Position numbers and translations under genes: made by a program. Under the pieces are notes generated by a model that saw only the letters and a program-made list of their open reading frames with translations, was not told the origin of the DNA and made no database searches. A DNA stretch of 64,000 nt from Eledone cirrhosa. Taxonomy: Eukaryota. Numbering within the stretch: the first letter of the stretch is position 1; every line of letters begins with the position of its first letter. Below are positions 1-13,571 of the stretch, piece by piece. The stretch spans positions 3,720,001 through 3,784,000 of the forward strand of contig OZ024765.1 in assembly GCA_964016885.1 (NCBI GenBank), in the 5' to 3' direction.

Positions 1-436
1 GCTGGCTGGTGGTATTGCTACTCTTGGCTACTACGACATGACCTACCCAGCGTACTTGCCTTGGTTTAGAGCACTGCGACTGTTACTCAGTAGTGTTGCC
101 GTGCTTGCTCTGTCTCTAAACCTGCTCTTCTATCTCATATTAAACAGCATCGATGAAAATGTTGCAAAGAAGAAAAAACCCCCACCAAAACCACAATAAT
201 ACCACAATGTTTTCAGAGTTGGGTTAAGGGGTCTTGCATTTAGGTGGTGGTGGTGTCACCCACCCCATTTTGGAATTGTATTTTGAATTAAATTTTATGT
301 TGACTAGGATTTTGTTGTGGGCCAAGATAATTAAATCACTGATACCACCTTGTATTGAGTTCATTTTGTTTTATGTTCACAAAATTTAGTGAATTAGGAA
401 GCATTGGAAAATAAAAAAAATTGTACAGGTAACTAT

Positions 437-630
437 AATAATTGTTTCTACTTTTGGTACAAGGCCAGCAATTACCCCCAGTGCATTACTGGTACTTTAT
501 TTTATTGATCCTGTAAAGGTGAAAGGCAAAGTTAACCTCGGCGGGATTTGAACTCAGACAGTAAAGAGCCATAACTCTATGCTGCAAATAATGGTGTCTG
601 ACCCTCTACCGAGACTGTCAATCCACTGAG
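437..630 (-). mobile_element. tRNA-derived SINE (family 1), near full length
   Basis: Minus strand shows a Pol III B box (gagttcaaatccc). Sequence matches copies at 2658, 20890, 29620, 44870 and 45225. Flanked by direct repeat aggtaactat (427-436, 631-640), a likely TSD. Confidence 0.8.
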
Positions 631-679
631 GTAACTATCATAATAGTTGATAATTAAAGCTTTTGCTCCGACATAGCAC

Positions 680-1040
680 AAAAAGGACCCAATCCACACT
701 TTAAATTGGTTGTGTAGGTGTCATGACAAAAAGGACCCAGTCCACACTAAAATGGTTGTGCAGGTATCATGACAAAAAGGACCCAGTCCACACTAAAGTG
801 GTTGTGTAGGTGTCATGACAAAAAGTACCCAGTCCACACTGTGAAGTGGTTGTGTTGGTGACATAATAAAAAGCACCCAGTCCACTCTGTACAGTGGTTG
901 TGTTGATGACATGATACAAGGTACCCACTCCACACTGTACAGTGGTTGTGTTGGTGACATGATAAAAAGTACCCAGTTCACACTGTAAAGTGGTCATGTT
1001 GGTGACATGACAAAAAGCACCCAGACCACACTATGAAGTG
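680..1040 (+). repeat. ~48-bp minisatellite (aaaagcacccagtccacactgtaaagtggt..gtaggtgtca), ~7 copies, derived from an internal SINE segment
   Basis: Visible periodicity (16-aa period in the ORF track). The same motif occurs once or twice inside SINEs at 1590-1630 and 44350-44425. Confidence 0.85.
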
Positions 1041-1389
1041 TAAAATTAAATTATGTAGTTTGGCGGTGTCATTGATAATTTCCCCCTCACACGAATGACA
1101 TTTGTGGCATAGGTAAATAGTCTCTGATGTATCTTTGGGCAATCAGACGCAATTTCAATTATCTAGTAGTAGAACCCATCATCATCTTATGGTGTCCACA
1201 AGAGTGTCAGTTACAAAGCTTGGCTAGATGTGGTTCTGCCACAGCTGAACACATTGCTGTCCTTTCTCAGGGGGCATATCAGGAGGTGTTGTGTAGTCTG
1301 TGGTTTGATGCAGCAGTCACATACAACGTCCCCATTCTTTAAATATCTCCATTTTGCCAGATTGGCTTTTGCATGACCAACACCAACAT

Positions 1390-1726
1390 GGAGGCACATG
1401 GCTTAGTGGTTAGAGCATTGGCCTTGCAATCGAAAGGTTGTGAGTTCAATTCTCAGACCGGGTGATGTGTTGTTTCCTTGAGCAAGACACTTTATTTCAC
1501 ATTGCTCCAGTTTACTCAGCTGTAGAAATGAGATGATAGGGACTGGGGTCCCTATCATTCCACTGCAAAGTGGTCGTGGAGGTGCCACAGCAAAAAAAAG
1601 CACCCAGCACTCACTGTAAATGAGGTTGGTGTTAGGAAGGGCATCCAGCTGTAGAAATCCAGCCAGTATCAGTTCCCGTCCCACCCTTGCAAGCAGGGAA
1701 AAGTGGACGTAAAATGATGATGATGA
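1390..1726 (+). mobile_element. tRNA-derived SINE (family 2) with RTE-like (ATG)n tail
   Basis: A box tggcttagtgg, B box gagttcaattc, central ccttgagcaagacactt motif, 3' end gtggacgtaaaatgatgatgatg. Near-identical copy at 44147-44538. Confidence 0.85.
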
Positions 1727-2007
1727 ACACCAGATCTTAGTCTGTTGAGGCAGTTCCACACTGCATAGTTTGTATCTGTTCCGGTGAGAAATCCTTCCCT
1801 GGTTCACCTCCACTGCTCTCTGTTTCGTTTTGGTCATGTCAGGGGTGTAGCTGTACTCACCACGCTTGACCAATTGCAGGTTGGTGAGTTTATTTAACTG
1901 ATAGCTGGGTTAGATGGCTGTTGACTCTGAGGAATTATCTGCCCTTTTAACAACTCCTGTTTTTTTGTGCTGCTGGAGATCCACTTATCCTCATCACAAT
2001 ACCAGGG

Positions 2008-2051
<44 letters not shown>

Positions 2052-2657
2052 GGGTATCTCCCCCAAAACATATACGCAATATTTATTAAAATGCTAAAGT
2101 TTGTTTAATTTTTTGGGTCAAAGGTAAAAAACTTATAAATAAATATTTGAATGAGTTATTTCCCCCTGTCTTCCAGTTCACGAAACGTTCAACTACTTAG
2201 CTAGTACTACCATTCAACTTGGCTGGCAGTACTGGCTGTTAGATTGAACGTTGCAGCAGCCAACCAACCAAAATGGCTGCTCTATTACTCTACCCCCTCC
2301 CCTCTTATTTCTCCATTTCACTGTTTTACTTATTTCCTAATAAATTCCACTTAATTCCATTAAATATTCAATCTTCATCATAATAAACTACAGTATCTAT
2401 ATTTATGTTACAATAACAACTTTTATTTCGACATATTTCACTAATATACAGTTAAAATATTAAAACAATGTGACCAACACGTTAATTTTTATAAAGTCTC
2501 CACAAATTGACCGATGTTCAACAGATTCTATACAAAAATTGTTAATAAAATACATGTGTATATATTTATCTATACACATGTATGTATAAATATATACATA
2601 TATATAATATGTATAACGCTAATTAATATTTTCATCTGTGACGATCTGTACAACCAA

Positions 2658-2805
2658 TAATTGTTTCTACTTTAGGCACAAGGCCAGCAATTATACCAGT
2701 GCATTACTGGTACTTTATTTTATCGACCCCGCAAGGATGAAAGGCAAAGTCAACCTCGGCGGGATTTGAACTCAGATAGTAAAGGGACGTAACTATGCTG
2801 GAAAG
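2658..2805 (-). mobile_element. SINE family 1, 5'-truncated by the satellite block
   Basis: Same sequence as 437-630; ends abruptly where the 88-bp satellite starts. Confidence 0.8.
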
Positions 2806-4030
2806 CAAGATACTCTCATGGAATGACCAAATGAGGTTTATTTTTCAACATGCAGGATTTCACAGCTCTAGAATCACTCCTTCATAGGCTGACCAAGATA
2901 CTCTCATGGAATGACCAAATGAGGTTTATTTTTCAACATGCAAGATTTCACAGCTCTAGCATCACTCCTTCATAGGCTGACCAAGATACTCTCATGGAAT
3001 GACCAAATGAGGTTTATTTTTCAACATGCAAAATTGCACAGTTCTAGCATCACTCCTTCATAGGCTGACCAAGATAATCTCATGGAATGACCAAATGAGG
3101 TTTATTTTTCAACATGCAAGATTTCACAGCTCTAGCATCACTCCTTCATAGGCTGACCAAGATACTCTCATGGAATGACCAAATGAGGTTTATTTTTCAA
3201 CATGCAAGATTGCACAGCTCTAGCATCACTCCTTCGTAGGCTGTCCAAGATACTCTCATGGAATGACCAAATGTGGTTTATTTTTCAACATGCAAGATTT
3301 CACAGCTCTAGCATCACTCCTTCATAGGCTGACCAAGATACTCTCATGGAATGACCAAATGACGTTTATTTCTCAACATGCAAGATTTCACAGCTCTAGC
3401 ATCACTCCTTCATAGGCTGACCAAGATGCTCTCATGGAATGACCAAATGAGGTTTATTTTTCAACATGCAAGATTTCACAGCCCTAGCATCACTCCTTCA
3501 TAGGCTGACCAAGATACTCTCATGGAATGACCAAATGACGTTTATTTCTACACATGCAAGATTTCACAGCTCTAGCGTCACTCCTTCATAGGCTGACCAA
3601 GATACTCTCATAGAATGACCAAATGAGGTTTATTTTTCAACATGCAAGATTTCACAGCTCTAGCATCACTCCTTCATAGGCTGACCAAGATACTCTCATG
3701 GAATGACCAAATGACGTTTATTTCTCAACATGCAAGATTTCACAGCTCTAGCATCACCCCTTCATAGGCTGACCAAGATACTCTCATGGAATGACCAAAT
3801 GAGGTTAATTTTTCAACATGCAAGATTGCACAGCTCTAGCATCATTCCTTCATAGGCAGACCAAGATATTCTCATGGAATGACCAAATGAGGTTTATTTT
3901 TCAACATGCAAGATTACACAGCTCTAGCATCACTCCTTCATAGGCTGACCAAGATACTCTCATGGAATGACCAAATGAGGTTTATTTTTCAACATGCAAG
4001 ATTTCACAGCCCTAGCATCACTCCTTCATA
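2806..4030 (+). repeat. 88-bp satellite array 1 (~14 monomers)
   Basis: Monomer caagatactctcatggaatgaccaaatgaggtttatttttcaacatgcaagatttcacagctctagcatcactccttcataggctgac; starts at 2806 and 2894 give an 88-bp period. Confidence 0.97.
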
Positions 4031-4630
4031 GTGTGCCTATGAACTTTTAAGCCTACCTTCGTATATGTAAACAATGTATTTATTTAATATACAAACAATT
4101 AATTACTAAGAAATTCGAAATAATTTTTGCACCCATTTTTGCGATTAAGTAAAGACGGAGTTATCGTTCTTGAGATTTCGGCTCGGAGAAATTTGAGGAA
4201 CTGATGTCGCTAAATCGCCAAATCATTTACCTACCCCGTTGCATCATGGGAGGGTAATGGCTGCCCTTTATTTTTTAAACGATGGCAGATTCTTTAGTTT
4301 CTATCGCAGCATCTTCTTCCTTGTTTCATATAAGTAAATAAGTAAAACATTTTGGCGAGAAAGATATTAAAAGGTCTTCTGTGGTTTAAAAAAAATAAAA
4401 GGCAGCCATTACCATCCCATGGTGCAACGGGGCAGATAAATGATTTGGCGATTTAGCGACATCAGTTCCTAAAATTTCTCCAAGCCGAAATCTCAAGAAC
4501 GATAACTCCGTCTTTACTTAATCGCAAAAATGGGTGCAAAAATTATTTCGAATTTCTTAGTAATTATTTGTATATTAAATAAATACATTGTTTACATATA
4601 CGAAGGTAGGCTTAAAAGTTCATAGGCTCA
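4030..4630. repeat. Palindrome core 1: ~250-bp inverted arms around a 103-bp spacer (4281-4383)
   Basis: 4030-4280 is the reverse complement of 4384-4630, e.g. agcctaccttcgtatatgtaaac vs gtttacatatacgaaggtaggct. Confidence 0.95.
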
Positions 4631-5258
4631 CTATGAAGGAGTGATGCTAGGGCTGTGAAATCTTGCATGTTGAAAAATAAACCTCATTTGATCATTCCAT
4701 GAGAGTATCTTGGTCAGCCTATGAAGGAGTGATGCTAGAGCTGCGAAATCCTGCATGTTGAAAAATAAACCTCATTTGGTCAATCCATGAGAATATCTTG
4801 GTCAGCCTATGAAGGAGTGATACTAGAGCTGTGAAATCTCGCATGTTGAAAAATAAACCTCATTTGCTCATTCCATGAGAGTATCTTGGTCAGCCTATGA
4901 AGGAGTGATGCTAGAGCTGCGAAATCCTGCATGTTGAAAAATAAACCTCATTTGGTCAATCCATGAGAATATCTTGGTCAGCCTATGAAGGAGTGATGCT
5001 AGAGCTGCGAAATCCTGCATGTTGAAAAATAAACCTCATTTGGTCAATCCATGAGAATATCTTGGTCAGCCTATGAAGGAGTGATACTAGAGCTGTGAAA
5101 TCTCGCATGTTGAAAAATAAACCTCATTTGTTCATTCCATGAGAGTATCTTGGTCAGCCTATGAAGGAGTGATGCTAGAGTTGTGAAATCTTGCATGTTG
5201 AAAAATAAACCTCATTGTGTCATTCCATGAGAGTAACCTGGTCAGCCTACCTTCGTAT
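4599..5258 (+). mobile_element. Mariner-type MITE with internal tandem expansion (~7 inverted 88-bp monomers)
   Basis: Starts TA-cgaaggtaggcttaaaagttcataggct and ends agcctaccttcg-TA (TIRs plus TA). The monomer contains gttgaaaaataa (VEK-stop), a typical mariner transposase terminus. Confidence 0.75.
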
Positions 5259-5529
5259 ATTATATATATCATTGAATACTTCCAGTGTCACTACTCTGTC
5301 ATTTGAGGGATGTTTAGTCGCTACTTCTAGTATTTTTAACCGCTGAAGAGGTTTTTCATCAGTTTTGTAAGGTATTGTAGGGTAAACTGTTGAATATGGC
5401 ATATATTTGAGTGTTGTTTAACCACTAAAACTATCATTATTTATAATATTTCAGTGGCTGCCATTTCTAGCATTCAGTAGACTCTTCGTTTTGTTGTCTT
5501 TCATTTAGTTTACATATTGAGACCCACAT

Positions 5530-5623
5530 AATACACACACACACACATATATATATATATGTAAATACGTATATATATACATATATATACATACATACAT
5601 ATATATACATACATACATACATA

Positions 5624-5687
<64 letters not shown>

Positions 5688-5764
5688 CATACATATATAT
5701 AAGCAGACATACATATATATATGCATACATATATATAAACATATATATATACATATATATATAC

Positions 5765-5797
<33 letters not shown>

Positions 5798-5842
5798 GAT
5801 ACATATATATATATATATATACATACATATATATATATACAT

Positions 5843-5878
<36 letters not shown>

Positions 5879-5885
5879 GCATACA

Positions 5886-5920
<35 letters not shown>

Positions 5921-6043
5921 GTATATACATACATATATATATATACATACATTCATATATATCTATATATATATACATACATTCATATATATCTATATAT
6001 ACATATATATATACATACATATATATATATATGTGTGTGTGTG
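5530..6043. repeat. Compound (TA)n/(TACA)n microsatellite; second copy at 13075-13570
   Basis: Direct reading; the same compound pattern recurs in the second macro-unit. Confidence 0.95.
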
Positions 6044-6044
6044 A

Positions 6045-9000
6045 ATAGGCTGACCAAGATATTCTCATGGAATGACCAAATGAGGTTTATTTTTCAACAT
6101 GCAAGATTTCACAGCTCTAGCATCACTCCTTCATAGGCTGACCAAGATACTCTCATGGAATGACCAAATGAGGTTTATTTTTCAACATGCAAGATTGCAC
6201 AACTCTAGCATCACTCCTTCGTAGGCTGTCCAAGATACTCTCATGGAATGACCAAATGTGGTTTATTTTTCAACATGCAAGATTTCACAGCTCTAGCATC
6301 ACTCCTTCATAGGCTGACCAAGATACTCTCATGGAATGACCAAATGACGTTTATTTTTCAACATGCAAGATTTCATAGCTCTACCATCACTCCTTCATAG
6401 GCTGACCAAGATACTCTCATGGAATGACCAAATGAGGTTTATTTTTCAACATGCAAGATTTCACAGCTCTAGAATCACTCCTTCATAGGCTGACCAAGAT
6501 ACTCTCATGGAATGACCAAATGAGGTTTATTTGACAACATGCAAGATTTCACAGCTCTAGCATCACTCCTTCATAGGCTGACCAAGATACTCTCATGGAA
6601 TGACCAAATGACGTTTATTTCTCAACATGCAAGATTTCACAGCTATAGCATCACTCCTTCATAGGCTGACCAAGATACTCTCATGGAATGACCAAATGAC
6701 GTTTATTTTTCAACATGCAAGATTTCACAGCTCTAGCATCACTCCTTCATAGGCTGACCAAGATACTCTCATGGAATGACCAAATGAGGTTTATTTTTCA
6801 ACATGCAAGATTGCACAGCTCTAGCATCACTCCTTTGTAGGCTGTCCAAAATACTCTCATGGAATGACCAAATGTGGTTTATTTTTCAACATGCAAGATT
6901 TCACAGCTCTAGCATCACTCCTTCATAGGCTGACCAAGATACTCTCATGGAATGACCAAATGAGGTTTATTTTTCAACATGCAAGATTTCATAGCTCTAG
7001 CATCACTCCTTCATAGGCTGACCAAGATACTCTCATGGAATGACCAAATGAGGTTTATTTTTCAACATGCAAGATTACACAGCTCTAGCATCACTCCTTC
7101 ATAGGCTGACCAAGATACTCTCATGGAATGACCAAATGAGGTTTATTTTTCAACATGAAAGATTTCACAGCTCTAGCATCACTCCTTCATAGGCTGACCA
7201 TGATACTCTCATGGAATGACCAAATGAGGTTTATTTTTCAACATGCAAGATTTCACAGCTCTAGCATCACTCCTTCATAAGCTGACCAAGATACTCTCAT
7301 GGAATGACCAAATGAGGTTTATTTTTCAACATGAAAGATTTCACAGTTCTAGCATCACTCCTTCATAGGCTGACCAAGATACTCTCATGGAATGACCAAA
7401 TGAGGTTTATTTTTCAATTGCACAGCTCTAGCATCACTCCTTTGTAGGCTGTCCAAGATACTCTCATGGAATGACCAAATGAGGTTTATTTTTCAACATG
7501 CAAGATTTCACAGCTCTAACATCACTCCTTCATAGGCTGACCAAGATACCCTCATGGAATGACCAAATGAGGTTTATTTTCAACATGCAAGATTTCACAG
7601 CTCTAGCATCACTCCTTCATAGGCTGACCAAGATACCCTCATGGAATGACCAAATGAGGTTTATTTTTCAACATGCAAGATTTCACAGCTCTAGCATCAC
7701 TCCTTCATAGGCTGACCAAGATACTCTCATGGAATGACCAAATGAGGTTTATTTTTCAATTGCACAGCTCTAGCATCACTCCTTCGTAGGCTGTCCAAGA
7801 TACTCTCATGGAATGACCAAATGAGGTTTATTTTTCAACATGCAAGATTTCACAGCTCTAGCATCACTCCTTCATAGGCCGACCAAGATACCCTCATGGA
7901 ATGACCAAATGAGGTTTATTTTTCAACATGCAAGATTGCACAGCTCTAGCATCACTCCTTTGTAGGCTGTCCAAAATACTCTCATGGAATGACCAAATGT
8001 GGTTTATTTTTCAACATGCAAGATTTCACAGCTCTAGCATCACTCCTTCATAGGCTGACCAAGATACTCTCATGGAATGACCAAATGAGGTTTATTTTTC
8101 AACATGAAAGATTTCACAGCTCTAGCATCACTCCTTCATAGGCTGACCAAGATACTCTCATGGAATGACCAAATGAGGTTTATTTTTCAATTGCACAGCT
8201 CTAGCATCACTCCTTTGTAGGCTGTCCAAGATACTCTCATGGAATGACCAAATGAGGTTTATTTTTCAACATGCAAGATTTCACAGCTCTAGCATCACTC
8301 CTTCATAGGCTGACCAAGATACTCTCATGGAATGACCAAATGAGGTTTATTTTTCAACATGCAAGATTTCACAGCTCTAGCATCACTCCTTCATAGGCTG
8401 ACCAAGATACCCTCATGGAATGACCAAATGAGGTTTATTTTTCAACATGCAAGATTTCACAACTCTAGCATCACTCCTTCATAGGCTGACCAAGATACCC
8501 TCATGGAATGACCAAATGAGGTTTATTTTTCAACATGCAAGATTTCACAGCTCTAGCATCACTCCTTCATAGGCTGACCAAGATACTCTCATGGAATGAC
8601 CAAATGACGTTTATTTTTCAATTGCACAGCTCTAGCATCACTCCTTTGTAGGCTGTCCAAGATACTCTCATGGAATGACCAAATGAGGTTTATTTTTCAA
8701 CATGCAAGATTTCACAGCTCTAGCATCACTCCTTCATAGGCTGACCAAGATACTCTCATGGAATGACCAAATTAGGTTTATTTTTCAACATGCAAGGTTT
8801 CACAGCTCTAGCATCACTCCTTCATAGGCTGACCAAGATACCCTCATGGAATGACCAAATGAGGTTTATTTTTCAACATGCAAGATTTCACAACTCTAGC
8901 ATCACTCCTTCATAGGCTGACCAAGATACCCTCATGGAATGACCAAATGAGGTTTATTTTTCAACATGCAAGATTTCACAGCTCTAGCATCACTCCTTCA

Positions 9001-11930
9001 TAGGCTGACCAAGATACTCTCATGGAATGACCAAATGAGGTTTATTTTTCAATTGCACAGCTCTAGCATCACTCCTTCGTAGGCTGTCCAAGATACTCTC
9101 ATGGAATGACCAAATGAGGTTTATTTTTCAACATGCAAGATTTCACAGCTCTAGCATCACTCCTTCATAGGCCGACCAAGATACCCTCATGGAATGACCA
9201 AATGAGGTTTATTTTTCAACATGCAAGATTGCACAGCTCTAGCATCACTCCTTTGTAGGCTGTCCAAAATACTCTCATGGAATGACCAAATGTGGTTTAT
9301 TTTTCAACATGCAAGATTTCACAGCTCTAGCATCACTCCTTCATAGGCTGACCAAGATACTCTCATGGAATGACCAAATGAGGTTTATTTTTCAACATGA
9401 AAGATTTCACAGCTCTAGCATCACTCCTTCATAGGCTGACCAAGATACTCTCATGGAATGACCAAATGAGGTTTATTTTTCAATTGCACAGCTCTAGCAT
9501 CACTCCTTTGTAGGCTGTCCAAGATACTCTCATGGAATGACCAAATGAGGTTTATTTTTCAACATGCAAGATTTCACAGCTCTAGCATCACTCCTTCATA
9601 GGCTGACCAAGATACTCTCATGGAATGACCAAATGAGGTTTATTTTTCAACATGCAAGATTTCACAGCTCTAGCATCACTCCTTCATAGGCTGACCAAGA
9701 TACCCTCATGGAATGACCAAATGAGGTTTATTTTTCAACATGCAAGATTTCACAACTCTAGCATCACTCCTTCATAGGCTGACCAAGATACCCTCATGGA
9801 ATGACCAAATGAGGTTTATTTTTCAACATGCAAGATTTCACAGCTCTAGCATCACTCCTTCATAGGCTGACCAAGATACTCTCATGGAATGACCAAATGA
9901 CGTTTATTTTTCAATTACACAGCTCTAGCATCACTCCTTTGTAGGCTGTCCAAGATACTCTCATGGAATGACCAAATGAGGTTTATTTTTCAACATGCAA
10001 GATTTCACAGCTCTAGCATCACTCCTTCATAGGCTGACCAAGATACTCTCATGGAATGACCAAATTAGGTTTATTTTTCAACATGCAAGGTTTCACAGCT
10101 CTAGCATCACTCCTTCATAGGCTGACCAAGATACCCTCATGGAATGACCAAATGAGGTTTATTTTTCAACATGCAAGATTTCACAACTCTAGCATCACTC
10201 CTTCATAGGCTGACCAAGATACCCTCATGGAATGACCAAATGAGGTTTATTTTTCAACATGCAAGATTTCACAGCTCTAGCATCACTCCTTCATAGGCTG
10301 ACCAAGATACTCTCATGGAATGACCAAATGAGGTTTATTTTTCAATTGCACAGCTCTAGCATCACTCCTTCGTAGGCTGTCCAAGATACTCTCATGGAAT
10401 GACCAAATGAGGTTTATTTTTCAACATGCAAGATTTCACAGCTCTAGCATCACTCCTTCATAGGCCGACCAAGATACCCTCATGGAATGACCAAATGAGG
10501 TTTATTTTTCAACATGCAAGATTGCACAGCTCTAGCATCACTCCTTTGTAGGCTGTCCAAAATACTCTCATGGAATGACCAAATGTGGTTTATTTTTCAA
10601 CATGCAAGATTTCACAGCTCTAGCATCACTCCTTCATAGGCTGACCAAGATACTCTCATGGAATGACCAAATGAGGTTTATTTTTCAACATGAAAGATTT
10701 CACAGCTCTAGCATCACTCCTTCATAGGCTGACCAAGATACTCTCATGGAATGACCAAATGAGGTTTATTTTTCAATTGCACAGCTCTAGCATCACTCCT
10801 TTGTAGGCTGTCCAAGATACTCTCATGGAATGACCAAATGAGGTTTATTTTTCAACATGCAAGATTTCACAGCTCTAGCATCACTCCTTCATAGGCTGAC
10901 CAAGATACTCTCATGGAATGACCAAATGAGGTTTATTTTTCAACATGCAAGATTTCACAGCTCTAGCATCACTCCTTCATAGGCTGACCAAGATACCCTC
11001 ATGGAATGACCAAATGAGGTTTATTTTTCAACATGCAAGATTTCACAACTCTAGCATCACTCCTTCATAGGCTGACCAAGATACCCTCATGGAATGACCA
11101 AATGAGGTTTATTTTTCAACATGCAAGATTTCACAGCTCTAGCATCACTCCTTCATAGGCTGACCAAGATACTCTCATGGAATGACCAAATGACGTTTAT
11201 TTTTCAATTGCACAGCTCTAGCATCACTCCTTTGTAGGCTGTCCAAGATACTCTCATGGAATGACCAAATGAGGTTTATTTTTCAACATGCAAGATTTCA
11301 CAGCTCTAGCATCACTCCTTCATAGGCTGACCAAGATACTCTCATGGAATGACCAAATTAGGTTTATTTTTCAACATGCAAGGTTTCACAGCTCTAGCAT
11401 CACTCCTTCATAGGCTGACCAAGATACCCTCATGGAATGACCAAATGAGGTTTATTTTTCAACATGCAAGATTTCACAACTCTAACATCACTCCTTCATA
11501 GGCTGACCAAGATACCCTCATGGAATGACCAAATGAGGTTTATTTTTCAACATGCAAGATTTCACAGCTCTAGCATCACTCCTTCATAGGCTGACCAAGA
11601 TACTCTCATGGAATGACCAAATGAGGTTTATTTTTCAATTGCACAGCTCTAGCATCACTCCTTCGTAGGCTGACCAAGATACTCTCATGGAATGACCAAA
11701 TGAGGTTTATTTTTCAACATGCAAGATTTCACAGCCCTAGCATCACTCCTTCATAGGCTGACCAAGATACTCTCATCGAATGACCAAATGACGTTTATTT
11801 CTCAACATGCAAAATTTCACAGCTCTAGCGTCACTCCTTCATAGGCTGACCAAGATACTCTCATGGAATGATCAAATGAGGTTTATTTTTCAACATGCAA
11901 GATTTCACAGCCCTAGCATCACTCCTTCAT
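6045..11930 (+). repeat. 88-bp satellite array 2 (~68 monomers) with higher-order repeat
   Basis: Same monomer. A 79-bp deletion variant recurs every 431 bp and diagnostic SNPs recur every 1293 bp. Confidence 0.97.
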
Positions 11931-12803
11931 AGTGAGCCTATGAACTTTTAAGCCTACCTTCGTATATGTAAACAATGTATTTATTTAATATACAAATAAT
12001 TACTAAGAAATTCGAAATAATTTTTGCACCCATTTTTGCGATTAAGTAAAGACGGAGTTATCGTTCTTGAGATTTCGGCTCGGTGAAAATTGAGGAACTG
12101 ATGTCGCTAAATCGCCAAATCATTTACCTGCCCCATTGCACCATGGGAGGGTAATGGCTGCCCTTTATTTTTTAAACGATGGCAGATTCTTTAGTTTCTA
12201 TCGCAGCATCTTCTTCCTTGTTTCATATAAGTAAATAAGTAAAACATTTTGGCGAGAAAGATATTAAAAGGTCTTCTGTAGTTTAAAAAAAATAAAAGGC
12301 AGCCATTACCATCCCATGGTGCAACGGGGCAGATAAATGATTTGGCGATTTAGCGACATCAGTTTCTAAAATTTCTCCAAGCCGAAATCTCAAGAACGAT
12401 AACTCCTTCTTTACTTAATCGCAAAAATGGGTGCAAAAATTATTTCGAATTTCTTAGTAATTATTTGTATATTAAATAAATACATTGTTTACATATACGA
12501 AGGTAGGCTTAAAAGTTCATAGGCTCACTATGAAGGAGTGATGCTAGGGCTGTGAAATCTTGCATGTTGAAAAATAAACCTCATTTGCTCATTCCATGAG
12601 AGTATCTTGGTCAACCTATGAAGGAGTGATGCTAGAGCTGTGAAATCCTGCATGTTGAAAAATAAACCTCATTTGGTCAATCCATGAGAATATCTTGGTC
12701 AGCCTATGAAGGAGTGATACTAGAGCTGTGAAATCTCGCATGTTGAAAAATAAACCTCATTGTGTCATTCCATGAGAGTAACCTGGTCAGCCTACCTTCG
12801 TAT
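11930..12803. repeat. Palindrome core 2 (spacer 12178-12280) plus ~3 inverted monomers ending in the MITE TIR
   Basis: Same arms and spacer as core 1, with a few substitutions. Confidence 0.95.
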
Positions 12804-13168
12804 ATTATATATATCATTGAATACTTCCAGTGTCACTACTCTGTCATTTGAGGGATGTTTAGTCGCTATTTCTAGTATTTTTAACCGCTGAAGAGGTTTT
12901 TCATCAGTTTTGTAAGGTATTGTAGGGTAAACTGTTGAATATGGCATATATTTGAGTGTTGTTTAACCACTAAAACTATCATTATTTATAATATTTCAGT
13001 GGCTGCCATTTCTAGCATTCAGTAGACTCTTCGTTTTGTTGTCTTTCATTTAGTTTACATATTGAGACCCACATAATACACACACACACATATATATATA
13101 TATATGTAAATACGTATATATATACATATATATACATACATACATATATATACATACATACATACATA

Positions 13169-13232
<64 letters not shown>

Positions 13233-13315
13233 CATACATATATATAAGCAGACATACATATATATATGCATACATACATATATATAAACATATATATATA
13301 CATATATATATATAC

Positions 13316-13350
<35 letters not shown>

Positions 13351-13436
13351 GATACATATATATATATATATAGATATATATACATACATATATATATATA
13401 CATATATATATATACATATATATATATATGCATACA

Positions 13437-13471
<35 letters not shown>

Positions 13472-13571
13472 GTATATACATACATATATATATATATACA
13501 TACATTCATATATATCTATATATACATATATATATACATACATATATATATATATATATATGTGTGTGTGA

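Noticed and set aside
1390-1460. tRNA gene (also the heads of other SINE copies)
   Set aside because: A and B boxes are present but no complete cloverleaf; the sequence continues into a SINE body and tail.
2160-2300. Short inverted repeat aacgttcaa/ttgaacgtt with a nearby YY1-like caaaatggctgc
   Set aside because: Too short to distinguish from chance, with no linked gene in the window.
5320-5365. Minus-strand CTGATGA as a hammerhead core (also ~12905)
   Set aside because: No GAAA after the putative stem II and no stem I pairing.
5467-6068. Long Y/I/M/C-rich ORFs (also 13012-13543)
   Set aside because: Translations of (TA)n/(TACA)n microsatellite, which lacks stop codons by composition.
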